From the NCBI GenBank assembly GCA_964457775.1, contig CAYWEW010000005.1, forward strand, positions 5,398 to 69,397: a stretch of 64,000 nucleotides of DNA, in the 5' to 3' direction. The position numbers and the translations under genes are program-made. Below the pieces are notes generated by a model. The model was not told the DNA's origin, made no database searches, and saw only the letters and a list, made by a program, of their open reading frames with translations. Source of the DNA: an uncultured Candidatus Saccharibacteria bacterium (lineage in GTDB: Bacteria; Patescibacteriota; Minisyncoccia; Phycocordibacterales; UBA5272). Positions 20,019 through 32,981 of this stretch are shown one piece after another (positions within the stretch are counted from its first letter, which is position 1; every line of letters begins with the position of its first letter).

Positions 20019-20993
20019 ATGAAAAAAATAGTCACAATTGGGGGCGGAACAGGAAGTTATACATTACTAAGAGGTCTTAAACATTTTGATGATATAGAAA
20101 TATCTGCAATTGTTTCTATGGCTGATGATGGAGGGTCAACTGGAATGCTTCGTGACGAGCTCGGAGTTCTTCCACCAGGTGATGTTAGACAATGTTTAGT
20201 GGCGCTATCTCTTCATGATGAAGTAGTTCGTAAGCTGATGAAGTATCGTTTTGAGGAAGGGTCACTCAAAGGGCACAACTTCGGTAATATTTTGCTTGCA
20301 GGACTTGAGAAAACGGCTGGTTCTTTTGTGAAAGGCGTAGAAATTGCATCTGATATTTTAAAAATAAGAGGTAAAGTAATTCCCGTAACAGAAGATGTAG
20401 CGAATCTTCTTGTTGTTTTGAAAGATGGAACTGAATTACTTGGTCAAAATAATATTAATCATTCAGATATTCAATCTGTAGGGGTGAAGGAAGTTCTGTT
20501 TCAAGGGGCAGTAGAAATAAATGAATTAGCTAAAAAGGCGATTATAGAAGCAGATCTTATAGTTCTTGGCCCTGGTAATTTTTATTGTTCACTAATGCCT
20601 AATTTTATAGTTGATGGTTTTAAGGAGGCAATTAATGAATCAAAAGCAAAAATCGTGTTGCCTGTTAATCTTACAAATAAAAAGGGACACACATTATTTT
20701 TTAATGTCAGCGACTATGTTAGAGAAATCGAAAGCATGTTAGATAAGAAGATTGATTATATTATTTGTAATAATGAAACACCATCAGATGAACAAATTGA
20801 AATGTATAAAGTAGAAGAAGGGGATGGTGTAATGGTGTTAAATGATATGAAGGAAGACAAGAGAATTATTTCTACACCCGTATTGTCGCATGAAATTATA
20901 GTAAAATCAGAGCATGATAATGTAGCAAGTACCCGTAGTTTTATCCGTCATGATAGTAAGAAAATAGCCGAAGCAGTACATAATTTGTTATGA
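20019..20993 (+). CDS. YvcK/GlmR (CofD-like, UPF0052) protein
   Basis: IGGGTG, ADDGGSTG.LR, PPGDVR, GHNFGN, GPG, RHD. Confidence 0.9.
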   Translation: MKKIVTIGGGTGSYTLLRGLKHFDDIEISAIVSMADDGGSTGMLRDELGVLPPGDVRQCLVALSLHDEVVRKLMKYRFEEGSLKGHNFGNILLAGLEKTAGSFVKGVEIASDILKIRGKVIPVTEDVANLLVVLKDGTELLGQNNINHSDIQSVGVKEVLFQGAVEINELAKKAIIEADLIVLGPGNFYCSLMPNFIVDGFKEAINESKAKIVLPVNLTNKKGHTLFFNVSDYVREIESMLDKKIDYIICNNETPSDEQIEMYKVEEGDGVMVLNDMKEDKRIISTPVLSHEIIVKSEHDNVASTRSFIRHDSKKIAEAVHNLL

Positions 20994-21574
20994 AAATAAT
21001 TTTTGATTTTGATGATGTAATTTTTGATTCAAATGCATTTAAGCAAAGAATATTTTCCGGCCTCGTTTCATCCGGCATTCCAAGCGATGTGATTAAAGAT
21101 TTATATATTGGCCATAGAACAAATTTTAGTCCTATTATTTTATATAAAGACGCAGTAGAAAAAACCGAACTAAAAATATCAGAAAAATCAATCAAGAAAT
21201 CTGTTGAGGATTTAGTACAAAATGTTGACTCATATATTGATCAAAGAATAATTTCTTTAATACAGTCCCTAGGTAAAGAGAATTGTTTTATTGTTACTGC
21301 TGGAGATAAGGATTTTCAAAAATTAAAAGTAAAGGCATCTTTAGGTAATAATATTATTGAAGAACATTGTTTTTTTGTTGAGAAAAAGAAAAGTGAAGCC
21401 CTTAAAAGTATCTGTGAAATGTATCCAACTGAGTCGATTATCTTTGTTGATGATAAAGACAGATATATAGAGGAAGCTAAATCCTTAAATACCAAAAATT
21501 TATTCCCAATTCTTTACCGTCACGATGGATTTGATGTATTGTCTTCAAAAATAAAAGAATTATCTCATTTGTGA
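20990..21574 (+). CDS. HAD-superfamily hydrolase
   Basis: FDFDDV motif I; FVDD motif IV. Confidence 0.8.
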   Translation: MKIIFDFDDVIFDSNAFKQRIFSGLVSSGIPSDVIKDLYIGHRTNFSPIILYKDAVEKTELKISEKSIKKSVEDLVQNVDSYIDQRIISLIQSLGKENCFIVTAGDKDFQKLKVKASLGNNIIEEHCFFVEKKKSEALKSICEMYPTESIIFVDDKDRYIEEAKSLNTKNLFPILYRHDGFDVLSSKIKELSHL

Positions 21575-21578
21575 TATC

Positions 21579-21702
21579 ATAAGACTTATATACTTGGATG
21601 AGATTCGAGGAAAGATAAGGATTTTTAAGGAAATGTACAATTAGTACATTGACGATAAAATCATTTTCTTGACGAAGAAGGTCTCCAAGTTTTAAGTCTT
21701 AT
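21579..21702. repeat. Long imperfect palindromic intergenic element
   Basis: ataagactta..cttgga/tccaag..taagtcttat terminal stem; apical aatgtac-N5-gtacatt. Confidence 0.6.
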
Positions 21703-21705
21703 AAT

Positions 21706-22968
21706 ATGAAATTAAAGGATTATAAAAATGTGCACTGCATAGGCATCGGAGGAATTGGACTTTCTGCTCTCGCAAGATATTGTCATGTTAATGGTGCAAA
21801 AGTTACTGGTTCAGATGGAGGAACATCTAGAATTACAGAGGATTTGAAAAAAGAGGGTATGACTGTGTATTTCGGACACAATAGCGCTCATGTTTCAAAA
21901 GATACAGATTTGGTTGTTTATACAATAGCAGTGAACGACAACAATCCTGAGCTTAAAGTTGCACGTGAGCGAGGTGTCACATGTATGACCTATCCAGAAG
22001 CTCTTGGATTACTTACAAAAGAGTATGTGACAATTGCCGTATGTGGAACTCATGGCAAAACTACAACAACTGGAATGGTAACTTCAATGCTTAAAGGTTG
22101 TGGTGTTAACCCAACAGTTATAGTTGGAAGTTTATTATCGGAAGGTGGAACTAACTTTATACAAGGTGACAGTGAATATTTAGTTGTTGAAGCATGTGAG
22201 TATAAGCGCTCATTTCTTAATCTTAACCCAAAACATATTCTGGTAACGAATATTGATGAGGACCACCTCGACTACTACAAAGACTTAGCCGATATTCAAA
22301 CTGCTTTCCAATCATTTGCAGACAAACTTAATAGTAATGGCAATCTTATAACACATAATAATGTATCACTTAATACATCTGCTACAAAAATTGATGCAGA
22401 TATTATTAATGAACAAGAAATAGAATTAAATGTTTTAGGTGAACATAATAAAAAGAATGCACAATTAGTTATCGCACTTGCACAGTCACTTAAATTAAAT
22501 GATGAACAAGCAAGAGCTGGTTTAAAAACTTTCACCGGTACATGGCGAAGACTAGAATATAAAGGAACACAAAAGGGGGCAATTATGTATGATGATTATG
22601 GGCATCATCCAAAAGAAATAATGGCGACATTGGAAGCTATTCGTGAAAAATACAAATCTGGAAAGTTTAAATTAGTTGTCGTATTTCAACCGCATCTTTA
22701 TTCTAGAACAAAATTATTACTGGATGATTTCTCACAAGCATTCAACTTAGCTGATAAAATTTGCATACTCCCAATTTATGCATCCAGAGAAAAAGATGAT
22801 GGAAGTATTTCATCTGAGGATTTGGTAGAAAAGACAAATAATTCAATCTATATGGAAAGCTTTGAAGAAGTGAAAAAATATATTGATAAAAATTGTCATA
22901 GTGGAAGTGTAGTATTAACAATCGGCGCAGGGGATGTATATCGTATTCATGAACTTTTTGAAGTGTAA
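21706..22968 (+). CDS. murC: UDP-N-acetylmuramate--L-alanine ligase
   Basis: IGIGGIGLS, GTHGKTTT, EACE, DDYGHHP, FQPH, GAGD. Confidence 0.95.
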   Translation: MKLKDYKNVHCIGIGGIGLSALARYCHVNGAKVTGSDGGTSRITEDLKKEGMTVYFGHNSAHVSKDTDLVVYTIAVNDNNPELKVARERGVTCMTYPEALGLLTKEYVTIAVCGTHGKTTTTGMVTSMLKGCGVNPTVIVGSLLSEGGTNFIQGDSEYLVVEACEYKRSFLNLNPKHILVTNIDEDHLDYYKDLADIQTAFQSFADKLNSNGNLITHNNVSLNTSATKIDADIINEQEIELNVLGEHNKKNAQLVIALAQSLKLNDEQARAGLKTFTGTWRRLEYKGTQKGAIMYDDYGHHPKEIMATLEAIREKYKSGKFKLVVVFQPHLYSRTKLLLDDFSQAFNLADKICILPIYASREKDDGSISSEDLVEKTNNSIYMESFEEVKKYIDKNCHSGSVVLTIGAGDVYRIHELFEV

Positions 22969-23001
22969 AAGTTTTAATTATTACAATGTTATACTAAATA
23001 T

Positions 23002-23499
23002 ATGCAAAATTTCAGAGAAAAATATGCTTATAAGATAAGTCTTAATTTAATTATATTTCCAGGCATAGTCTTAATTGTTGCTTGGGGTTTGTTTTTTTTA
23101 AAATCAATAGAAATATTTAAAAACATTCCTTTTGTTGATTTTTATTTTGATATTATTTTTTTTATAAGTCTTTTTTTATGTGTATTATCACTCTTCTCTT
23201 CTTTAATACTAAGATTTTTATCTCAAGATGTTCAAAAACATTGGTGGGATATAATCTCTCTATTATTAGGCTACTCACTTATTATTATAGTAAAAATAAC
23301 AGGATTGTTTTGTGTCGATAAATTTCAAGGAGATATGGGGGTTCGCGTTTGTCCAGGTGCAATAGAAACTATTCATAGATTTTATTATTCTGTTAGTGTA
23401 TTAAATAATGTACTAAAAATATTACCAGTATTTGGTTTTATTGTGTGTATTGCTTTAGCAGTAAAGTATTTAACTGAATTTAAAAGAAGAAATATTTAG
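23002..23499 (+). CDS. Hypothetical 4-TM membrane protein
   Basis: Hydrophobic ORF, very AT-rich. Confidence 0.55.
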   Translation: MQNFREKYAYKISLNLIIFPGIVLIVAWGLFFLKSIEIFKNIPFVDFYFDIIFFISLFLCVLSLFSSLILRFLSQDVQKHWWDIISLLLGYSLIIIVKITGLFCVDKFQGDMGVRVCPGAIETIHRFYYSVSVLNNVLKILPVFGFIVCIALAVKYLTEFKRRNI

Positions 23500-23510
23500 T
23501 TGTCGACTTT

Positions 23511-24851
23511 ATGATAAAAGAACTCTATTCACCATATTTCGAGAATAAAAAAGTAACTGTGCTTGGACTTGGTTTGCTTGGTCGTGGGTTAGGTGATACT
23601 GAATTTTTACTCAATAACTGTGGAGAAGTTATCTGTACGGATACACGCTCTGTAGAAAAATTGAAGGGCTCTATATCTTTTATAACAAAACAAGAACATA
23701 ATAATTTAAAATTAATAATAGGTGAAAATCGTTTTGAAGATTTTGAAAATAGAGATTTTATTTTAACTTGTACAGGTTTACCAATCGATTATGTATATTT
23801 AATGCACGCTAAGGAAAATAGTATCCCTGTATATATGTCAGCTTCACTTGTATGTGACATTATCATGAAAGAATTACCAGACGTAGTGATTATTGGTGTT
23901 ACAGGTACACGTGGTAAAAGTACAACGACAGAACTAATTGCTCATGTACTACGTGAGAATGGCTCGAAAGTGCATCTTGGTGGAAATGTTCGAGGTCTTG
24001 CCAATCTTCCACTGTTAGATGAAATTGAAGATGGGGATTTCTTAGTGCTTGAACTAGACAGTTGGCAACTTCAAGGATTTGGAGATATGAGAATCAGTCC
24101 ACATATTGCAGTTTTTACATCATTTATGGATGATCATATGAATTATTATAAAAATGATAAAGAATTTTATTTTAATGACAAAGCAAATATATATCGTAAC
24201 CAACATGCAGGAGATGTGTTAGTTGCGAGTGCGCAAGCAAGTAGTGAGATAATTATGCGAGGGGAGAGGGTTGCAATTCTTGTGCCTGAGCAACAACATT
24301 TTGATATGAAATTAATTGGTGAGCACAATCAAGTCGCAGGTGGTCTTGCTTATGAAGTTGCGTCACAGTGTGGATTAGACGATGAAAGTATACGAAAATC
24401 AATCGCGACATTTTCTGCAGTAGATGGACGACTTCAAGATATGGGGTTGTTTAAAAATGATGTTCGTGTATTCAATGATAATAATGGTACAACAGAGGAC
24501 GCAACTATTGCTTCAATTAATGCAATCAATGAAACATATAATAAGAAACCAATAGTAATTGTTGGTGGATCTGATAAAGGTCTTCCCGTTAATGAATTAG
24601 AAAAATCTCTCCAAGAAAAAACAAAATCAGTTGTATATCTTTCAGGAACAGGAACTGAGAGATTGAATCTTAACAAAGAACATGAATTCGAAAAATTATC
24701 GGATTGTATTACGAAAGCATTTGAACTGGGAGATGAAGGGGATATTATTCTTTTCTCTCCAGCCTTTGCATCATTTTCAAAGTATTTTAACAACGAATAC
24801 GAACGTAACGATGAATTTGTGAAAGAGGTGGGGAAATATAGTCAAAAATAG
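23511..24851 (+). CDS. murD: UDP-MurNAc-L-Ala--D-glutamate ligase
   Basis: GLGLLG, GTRGKSTT, ELDSWQL, GGSDKG, SPAFASF. Confidence 0.9.
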   Translation: MIKELYSPYFENKKVTVLGLGLLGRGLGDTEFLLNNCGEVICTDTRSVEKLKGSISFITKQEHNNLKLIIGENRFEDFENRDFILTCTGLPIDYVYLMHAKENSIPVYMSASLVCDIIMKELPDVVIIGVTGTRGKSTTTELIAHVLRENGSKVHLGGNVRGLANLPLLDEIEDGDFLVLELDSWQLQGFGDMRISPHIAVFTSFMDDHMNYYKNDKEFYFNDKANIYRNQHAGDVLVASAQASSEIIMRGERVAILVPEQQHFDMKLIGEHNQVAGGLAYEVASQCGLDDESIRKSIATFSAVDGRLQDMGLFKNDVRVFNDNNGTTEDATIASINAINETYNKKPIVIVGGSDKGLPVNELEKSLQEKTKSVVYLSGTGTERLNLNKEHEFEKLSDCITKAFELGDEGDIILFSPAFASFSKYFNNEYERNDEFVKEVGKYSQK

Positions 24852-24933
24852 CCCAAAATAAGGCCTAAAACAGACCCTTTTCCACTTTCTTTTTTACTCA
24901 AAAAATGCTATAATTAAAGGATTAATTCCTTAG

Positions 24934-27151
<2,218 letters not shown>

Positions 27152-27218
27152 TCCTTCGTTCGAGTTTAGTGATAAATTTTTTTACTATTTATAACAATAA
27201 GTATGCTATATTTATTAT

Positions 27219-27458
27219 ATGAGACACCTAAAAAGAACTTTTTATATCATCATTGCTATTTTTCTTGTCCTTTTAGGAATTACTGGAATAATACTCCCTT
27301 TTTTGCACGGCACGATGTTTCTTATGATTGGGCTTATTTTACTATCCTTCGAAATTCCATACATTGAGTATCATTTGGAGAGGTTAGTTCAAAAAAATAA
27401 TCGTATTAATATTCTTCACAAAAAATTACATAAGTGGACGAGAGAAATATTTAAATAG
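27219..27458 (+). CDS. Small membrane protein (DUF454/PGPGW-like)
   Basis: GIILPFLHG hairpin TM motif. Confidence 0.6.
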   Translation: MRHLKRTFYIIIAIFLVLLGITGIILPFLHGTMFLMIGLILLSFEIPYIEYHLERLVQKNNRINILHKKLHKWTREIFK

Positions 27459-27521
27459 TTAATATTATAAACTTACTGTCCACTAGTAACTAATAACTAG
27501 TAACTATATACTGTATTTATA

Positions 27522-28259
27522 ATGAAAAAGGATATATTCACACAAGGGCTTCTTATTGCAATTCTTATTATATTTTCCTATTTTTATTTTAAGATGCCAC
27601 AAGTGCTTCCTGAAATAGACAGGCTTTATATTACTATCACAACATTTTTCTTTTCTATATTTACTGGTTTTTTTGTTTCTCAACAAATGACAAGATATGC
27701 GAAATTACGTGAGGCTATAAGTGAATTTGATGGAAGAATGTCTAGTATATATAGGTCGTCAGAAAATTACAGTAAAGAAATTCAAGGGCACGTTGGAAAG
27801 ATTATCCTTGATCATTATAAGAAAATGATTCAATCAAATGAATGGGACTATCATTTGAAAAACAAGTCAAAAACATTATCTAATCTCCATGCACTACTTG
27901 AAGAAAAAGTGGGGGATACAAGTGTTGAAACATTACGTGGTCATGCTATTGGGGTTATTGTTGAGAATTTATCAAAATGTGAAGTATATAGAAAGAAAAA
28001 GATTATGCTTTGTCAGGAACGTATCCCAGCTTTCCAGTGGTTTATCATTTCTTTCTTTATTTCTATTCTTATACTAGCTGTAAGTGCTATTCCATCAGAA
28101 GGACTTATTCTTCAGAGTGTGCTAAAGGCAGCTTTTGGGGTGTCTATTTTATCTATTGCGAGTATTTTGCATCATTTAGATAACCTACATCTTTTTGAGC
28201 ACTTCATTGGTGAACATTCTGCGCAAGATGTAGTTGATTTGATTAAAGGGAAGAAGTAA
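27522..28259 (+). CDS. Membrane protein, possibly bestrophin-like/DUF4239
   Basis: 2+2 TM topology with a helical soluble middle. Confidence 0.55.
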   Translation: MKKDIFTQGLLIAILIIFSYFYFKMPQVLPEIDRLYITITTFFFSIFTGFFVSQQMTRYAKLREAISEFDGRMSSIYRSSENYSKEIQGHVGKIILDHYKKMIQSNEWDYHLKNKSKTLSNLHALLEEKVGDTSVETLRGHAIGVIVENLSKCEVYRKKKIMLCQERIPAFQWFIISFFISILILAVSAIPSEGLILQSVLKAAFGVSILSIASILHHLDNLHLFEHFIGEHSAQDVVDLIKGKK

Positions 28260-28310
28260 GGGTAGCTTTTAGTTAAATATAAATACACGTGTTAGTATTG
28301 AATTTATTAT

Positions 28311-28823
28311 ATGAAATGGGTAATTTTTACAGGGACATGGCGCCTTACGAATAAAGAAGTGGAGGAAGATGTGCGAAGTGCTGTTCGTGATTGTGTTTCA
28401 AATGGTTATGGAATAGTGACAGGAGGGGCGACAGGAGTTGATTATTTTTGTATGGATGAATGTGTGAAAAATAATTATACACACAAATTACGAGTATTTA
28501 TTCCATCTGATATTGATCATTACATAAATGATTATCATAAAAATTGGTGTCAGGAGCCAATTACAGAAAAAGATATTTCTGACGTTGAAAATATTTTACG
28601 AAAAATACAACGAATAAACCCTGTTTCTTTATTGGAAATTAAACATGGGGGAGGTGATATTACACAAGATCATTACAACGAAAGACATAATCAAGAAATT
28701 ATTTTTTCAGCTGATGAAGTACACGCTTTTCAAGTAAACAATAGTACTGGTACACAAGACACTATTGATAAAGCAAAAGCCTCAGGTCTTAATATTACTT
28801 TACATAAAAAATATACAATTTAA
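28311..28823 (+). CDS. SLOG/DprA-like nucleotide-binding protein
   Basis: IVTGGATGVD, ERHN and STGT..TI..A motifs. Confidence 0.7.
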   Translation: MKWVIFTGTWRLTNKEVEEDVRSAVRDCVSNGYGIVTGGATGVDYFCMDECVKNNYTHKLRVFIPSDIDHYINDYHKNWCQEPITEKDISDVENILRKIQRINPVSLLEIKHGGGDITQDHYNERHNQEIIFSADEVHAFQVNNSTGTQDTIDKAKASGLNITLHKKYTI

Positions 28824-28895
28824 TATACAGAATGTTGTTTTTTAACACCATATTTGTTAGTGTATTATAATTGTTGTACTTTTTAGGGGAAGAAA

Positions 28896-29321
28896 ATGAA
28901 TTCTAATGTAACCAAGTATGAAGTGATGATTTCCGACGCTACAAGATCTCAAATCGATGTTGAAAGAAAAGAAAAAGCATTGGAAAAATCAAAAGCTCTT
29001 TTGGACAAAAGATCTGTTGTGTTATTACAAGATTGCAAAAAATGTTTTGATGAGGCTGTTACAAAATATAACGCAACAGAAAATCCATATAAAATATTTG
29101 ATGCAAAAATTGGGATTAATTTGGGAGAACACGTAGTGTTCGCTGGAGTTAGACTTGATTGTTCTGGTAGTAACTGTGAACCAGATGAATTTTTTGACGC
29201 CGATGACCACGAAAAAATATTGTCAGTTTTGAAGCCATTAGTTGACGAAGAGCTAAAAAAACAAGGGATACCATTCACTTTTGATTCCTTTCATGTTCCG
29301 AATTGTTACAATCCAAAATGA
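28896..29321 (+). CDS. Hypothetical protein
   Basis: ORF with purine-rich SD and a downstream terminator. Confidence 0.6.
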   Translation: MNSNVTKYEVMISDATRSQIDVERKEKALEKSKALLDKRSVVLLQDCKKCFDEAVTKYNATENPYKIFDAKIGINLGEHVVFAGVRLDCSGSNCEPDEFFDADDHEKILSVLKPLVDEELKKQGIPFTFDSFHVPNCYNPK

Positions 29322-29330
29322 ATCAAAAAT

Positions 29331-29359
29331 AAAAGCGCGACCACGGTCGCGCTTTTTTC
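29331..29359. terminator. Bidirectional intrinsic terminator
   Basis: aaaagcgcgacc-ac-ggtcgcgcttttt. Confidence 0.7.
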
Positions 29360-29374
29360 TGTATTTTCTATGCT

Positions 29375-31129
29375 CTATATTCTATTTTTTATCTCTGTAC
29401 TCAACTTCTCCACCAATTCACTTATTTTCATCTCGCCAATTTTACCTAGTGTACGATGTTCAAGTGTTACTGTCCCGTTTGCAACTTCAGCATCTCCGAT
29501 AACTGCCCAGTAGGGGGTTTTCATTTCACGAGTATTACGAATCTTCTTACCAAGTCCTTCTCGACTGTTGTCTAACTTAATACGAATATTTGCTTCCTCT
29601 AATAATGAATGAATAGTTTTTGCGTATTCATTATGAGCATCTGAAATAGGAAGTATGGTGATTTGATTTGGAGATAACCAAAGAGGGAAGTTGCCTGCGA
29701 AGTGTTCTATCATTACACCCATAAATCTTTCAAGTGAACCACTTATTGCGCGATGTATAACCACAGGACGCTCTTTCTTTCCTTCCGTATTAATAAAATT
29801 CAAATCAAATCTTTCTGGTAAATTAAAGTCACATTGTATTGTGGCGAGTTGCCATTCACGACCAATTGCGTCCTTGAACATGAAGTCTAATTTTGGTCCG
29901 TAGAATGCCGCTTCGCCTTCGACTCTTTTATAATTAAGTCCATTCGCTTTTGCTGCTTTTTCAAGAGAACTTTCTGCTAAGTCCCATACTTCATCTGTTC
30001 CTAAATATTTACTCTTATCATCTCCACGAACTGACCATGACACCCAGTATCCTTCCATCATCCCCATTGTTGTATAAAATTCTTTTATTATTCCCACAAT
30101 AGTAGAAACTTCTTCTTCTATTTGTTCTACACGACAAAAGAGGTGACCATCATCTTGAGTGATAGCACGCACGCGCAAGAGTCCACCTAATTGTCCTGAT
30201 TTTTCATCTCTGTATACAGTCGCTGGTTCAAAGTATCTAACCGGCATATCACGATATGAGAATTGATTGTCGGCGAAAATCTGCATATGGTGAGGACAGT
30301 TCATTGGCTTCATAATAAACTTGTCTTCTTTTCCTTGTACACGGAAAAGTTCATCACCAAACTTTGCAGCGTGACCCGATGTTTCATAAAGTGCTTCCTT
30401 TGCAATATGTGGGGTCCATACACGTGAGTATCCTTTCTTACTATGAAGTGTCCATAGATAGTCCTCAATTTCTTTTCTAATTATCATGCCGTTAGGTTGC
30501 ATAAGTGGAAGACCAGCACCAATAAGAGGGGAAACAGTAAAAAGTTTTAGTTGTGCACCGATAATTCTATGGTCACGTTTCTTAGCTTCTTCTTGTTGGA
30601 ATATATATGCATCTAATTCTTCTTTTGTTTCAAATGCTAGACCATATATACGGGTGAGCATTGGTTTGGTCTCGTCTCCGCGCCAGTAAGCTCCAGCTAA
30701 GTGTGATAGTTTAAAAGAATCATGGGAAATTTCTTTAGTGTTATCAACATGTGGACCTTCACATAAATCAAAAAATTCTCCACCGGTATAATACAGTGTT
30801 ACATCTTGTCCTTTTGTTTTTATCCCATCAATTAATTCTATTTTAAATGGATTAACTTTGAACAATCCTTCAGCGATACCTGGAGTAACTGTCTCAACTT
30901 TAAAATCTAAGTTGCGCTTAAGAATTTCACGCATTGTCTTTTCTAATTTTGGCAAGTCTTCATTAGTTGGTTTTACTCCATCAACAAAGTCGATATCATA
31001 ATAGAAGCCAGTATCAGTTACAGGTCCAATAGTAGGTAAAGCGTGAGGAAAATGGTGTTTTATGGCCATTAAAAGCACATGGGCAAGGGAATGGCGTTTT
31101 TTGAATAGGGGGGATTTTTCTTCGTTCAT
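29375..31129 (-). CDS. thrS: Threonine-tRNA ligase
   Basis: RHSLAH, DLCEGPH, KRDHR, KPMNCP, AFYGPK, HRAI.GS.ERF. Confidence 0.97.
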   Translation of the reverse strand: MNEEKSPLFKKRHSLAHVLLMAIKHHFPHALPTIGPVTDTGFYYDIDFVDGVKPTNEDLPKLEKTMREILKRNLDFKVETVTPGIAEGLFKVNPFKIELIDGIKTKGQDVTLYYTGGEFFDLCEGPHVDNTKEISHDSFKLSHLAGAYWRGDETKPMLTRIYGLAFETKEELDAYIFQQEEAKKRDHRIIGAQLKLFTVSPLIGAGLPLMQPNGMIIRKEIEDYLWTLHSKKGYSRVWTPHIAKEALYETSGHAAKFGDELFRVQGKEDKFIMKPMNCPHHMQIFADNQFSYRDMPVRYFEPATVYRDEKSGQLGGLLRVRAITQDDGHLFCRVEQIEEEVSTIVGIIKEFYTTMGMMEGYWVSWSVRGDDKSKYLGTDEVWDLAESSLEKAAKANGLNYKRVEGEAAFYGPKLDFMFKDAIGREWQLATIQCDFNLPERFDLNFINTEGKKERPVVIHRAISGSLERFMGVMIEHFAGNFPLWLSPNQITILPISDAHNEYAKTIHSLLEEANIRIKLDNSREGLGKKIRNTREMKTPYWAVIGDAEVANGTVTLEHRTLGKIGEMKISELVEKLSTEIKNRI

Positions 31130-31287
31130 AATCTTCTTATAATATCAGAAAAATCAAGAAATGTGGAGTGTTTGTGGGTATATACTTCCTTGACTTAGTC
31201 TGCAGGTTTTGTACTATTAAATAACTGGCCAGAATTCCCGCACAACACACTGAAATAATATTCTGGCAAGTAACCTAATTTAACTTT

Positions 31288-31848
31288 ATGTCACCACTTT
31301 ATATTTTTATTGGAATTGCAGTTGTTCTAGTTTTTGTTGTTATTGGAATGTATAACGGACTGGTTCGAGCACGTCTTCATGTTAAGGAAGCTTGGGCAGA
31401 TATTGATGTACAACTTAAACGTCGCTTTGATCTTATTCCTAATCTTGTGAACACAATCAAAGGTTCAACAAATTTTGAAAGTTCTACACTTGAAAAAGTT
31501 GTTGAAGCTCGTGCAAAAGCAATGCAGGCAGGTACACCAAAGGAACACGGAGAAGCAGAGAATCAATTAACTGGTGCACTAAAGAGCATCTTTGCACTTT
31601 CTGAAAGTTATCCTGATTTGAAATCAAATCAGAACTTCCTGTCTCTTCAAAGTGAGCTTGCAGATACTGAGAATAAAATTCAGGCAGCTCGTCGATTCTA
31701 TAATAGCAATGTTATGGAATACAATACAAAGATACAAACAGTACCAACAAATATTTTTGCGAAAATTTTTTCATTTGTTGAGTCTGAATTCTTTGAACTT
31801 GGTGAAGGGGAGCAAGCAGCAAAACAACCAGTTGAAGTAAAATTCTAG
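31288..31848 (+). CDS. lemA: LemA family protein
   Basis: AWADIDVQLKRRFDLIPNLV, YPDLKS, ARRFYN. Confidence 0.93.
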   Translation: MSPLYIFIGIAVVLVFVVIGMYNGLVRARLHVKEAWADIDVQLKRRFDLIPNLVNTIKGSTNFESSTLEKVVEARAKAMQAGTPKEHGEAENQLTGALKSIFALSESYPDLKSNQNFLSLQSELADTENKIQAARRFYNSNVMEYNTKIQTVPTNIFAKIFSFVESEFFELGEGEQAAKQPVEVKF

Positions 31849-31921
31849 GACGAAGTACTTGGTTTGTGGTCAGGAGATTTTGTATTTCTACCCACTGATC
31901 ATCTAAAACTATCATCTACAT

Positions 31922-32836
31922 ATGACATTATATAAACAACAATCATCAAACGTAAAAAAGACTTGGTTCCTTATGACAGGGTTTTTACTTTTAGTTATTG
32001 CTATTGGTTTTGCACTGTCTTATTGGTATGGAAACTCAATGTTCTTATATATTGCTATCGCTTTTAGTTTTTTAACAAATATCGGAGCATATTGGTTTTC
32101 AGATAAACTAGTTCTTTCGATGGCAAATGCAAAAAGAATAGAATCAAAAGATGATTATCCTGAACTTTGGAATACAATGGAAAACCTTTGCATTACAGCA
32201 GGTCTTCCTATGCCAAAACTCTATATCATTGATGATCCTGCACCAAATGCTTTTGCTACTGGACGTGACAAAAAACATTCTGTGGTTGCTGTTACAACAG
32301 GATTATTGCCACTTCTCACCAAGTCAGAATTAGAGGGTGTACTTGCTCATGAGCTTGCCCACATAGGGAATAAGGACATGCTAATACAAACAGTAGTTGT
32401 TGTGTTTGCAGGTATGATTTCATTAATAGGAAATCTAGCATTCCACCTTTCTTCATTTGGAGGGCGTGATGATGAAAAGAAAAATCCTTTGTTAATGATT
32501 GTTGGAGTCTTGGCAATAATACTTGCTCCGATTGCTGCGACGATTATCAAGTTAGCTATTTCTCGCGAACGTGAATTTTTGGCAGATGCAACAGGGGCGC
32601 TTATTACAAGATATCCAGACGGACTTGCTTCAGCACTTCAAAAGATTAGTAATTTTCATCAGCCAATGCGAGTGCAGAACAGCACTATCGCCCATTTATT
32701 TATTTCTGATCCATCAGGAATAAATGATGAATCTGAGGCACGTGAAAATGAAAAAGTTTCTTTTGTTCAGAAGTTGTTCATGACACATCCACCAGTACAA
32801 GAGAGAGTTGATGCTCTTTTGGGTAAGAAGAAATAA
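31922..32836 (+). CDS. htpX: HtpX-like M48 zinc metalloprotease
   Basis: PNAFATG, HELAH, SREREFLAD, THPP. Confidence 0.92.
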   Translation: MTLYKQQSSNVKKTWFLMTGFLLLVIAIGFALSYWYGNSMFLYIAIAFSFLTNIGAYWFSDKLVLSMANAKRIESKDDYPELWNTMENLCITAGLPMPKLYIIDDPAPNAFATGRDKKHSVVAVTTGLLPLLTKSELEGVLAHELAHIGNKDMLIQTVVVVFAGMISLIGNLAFHLSSFGGRDDEKKNPLLMIVGVLAIILAPIAATIIKLAISREREFLADATGALITRYPDGLASALQKISNFHQPMRVQNSTIAHLFISDPSGINDESEARENEKVSFVQKLFMTHPPVQERVDALLGKKK

Positions 32837-32844
32837 AAATCCTT

Positions 32845-32908
32845 TCGTTATTAGTTAGGAAGTTATTCGTTCTTCGTTGTAATTTCCTAACGACCAACTA
32901 CTAACGTT
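32845..32908. repeat. Intergenic hairpin repeat related to 8790..8860
   Basis: gttattagttaggaa...ttcctaac..actactaac. Confidence 0.5.
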
Positions 32909-32981
32909 TATTTTGTTGTATACATACCAAATAATATCTCTATGGTACACTTAGATTAATAAATATTTTAATTTACTTATT

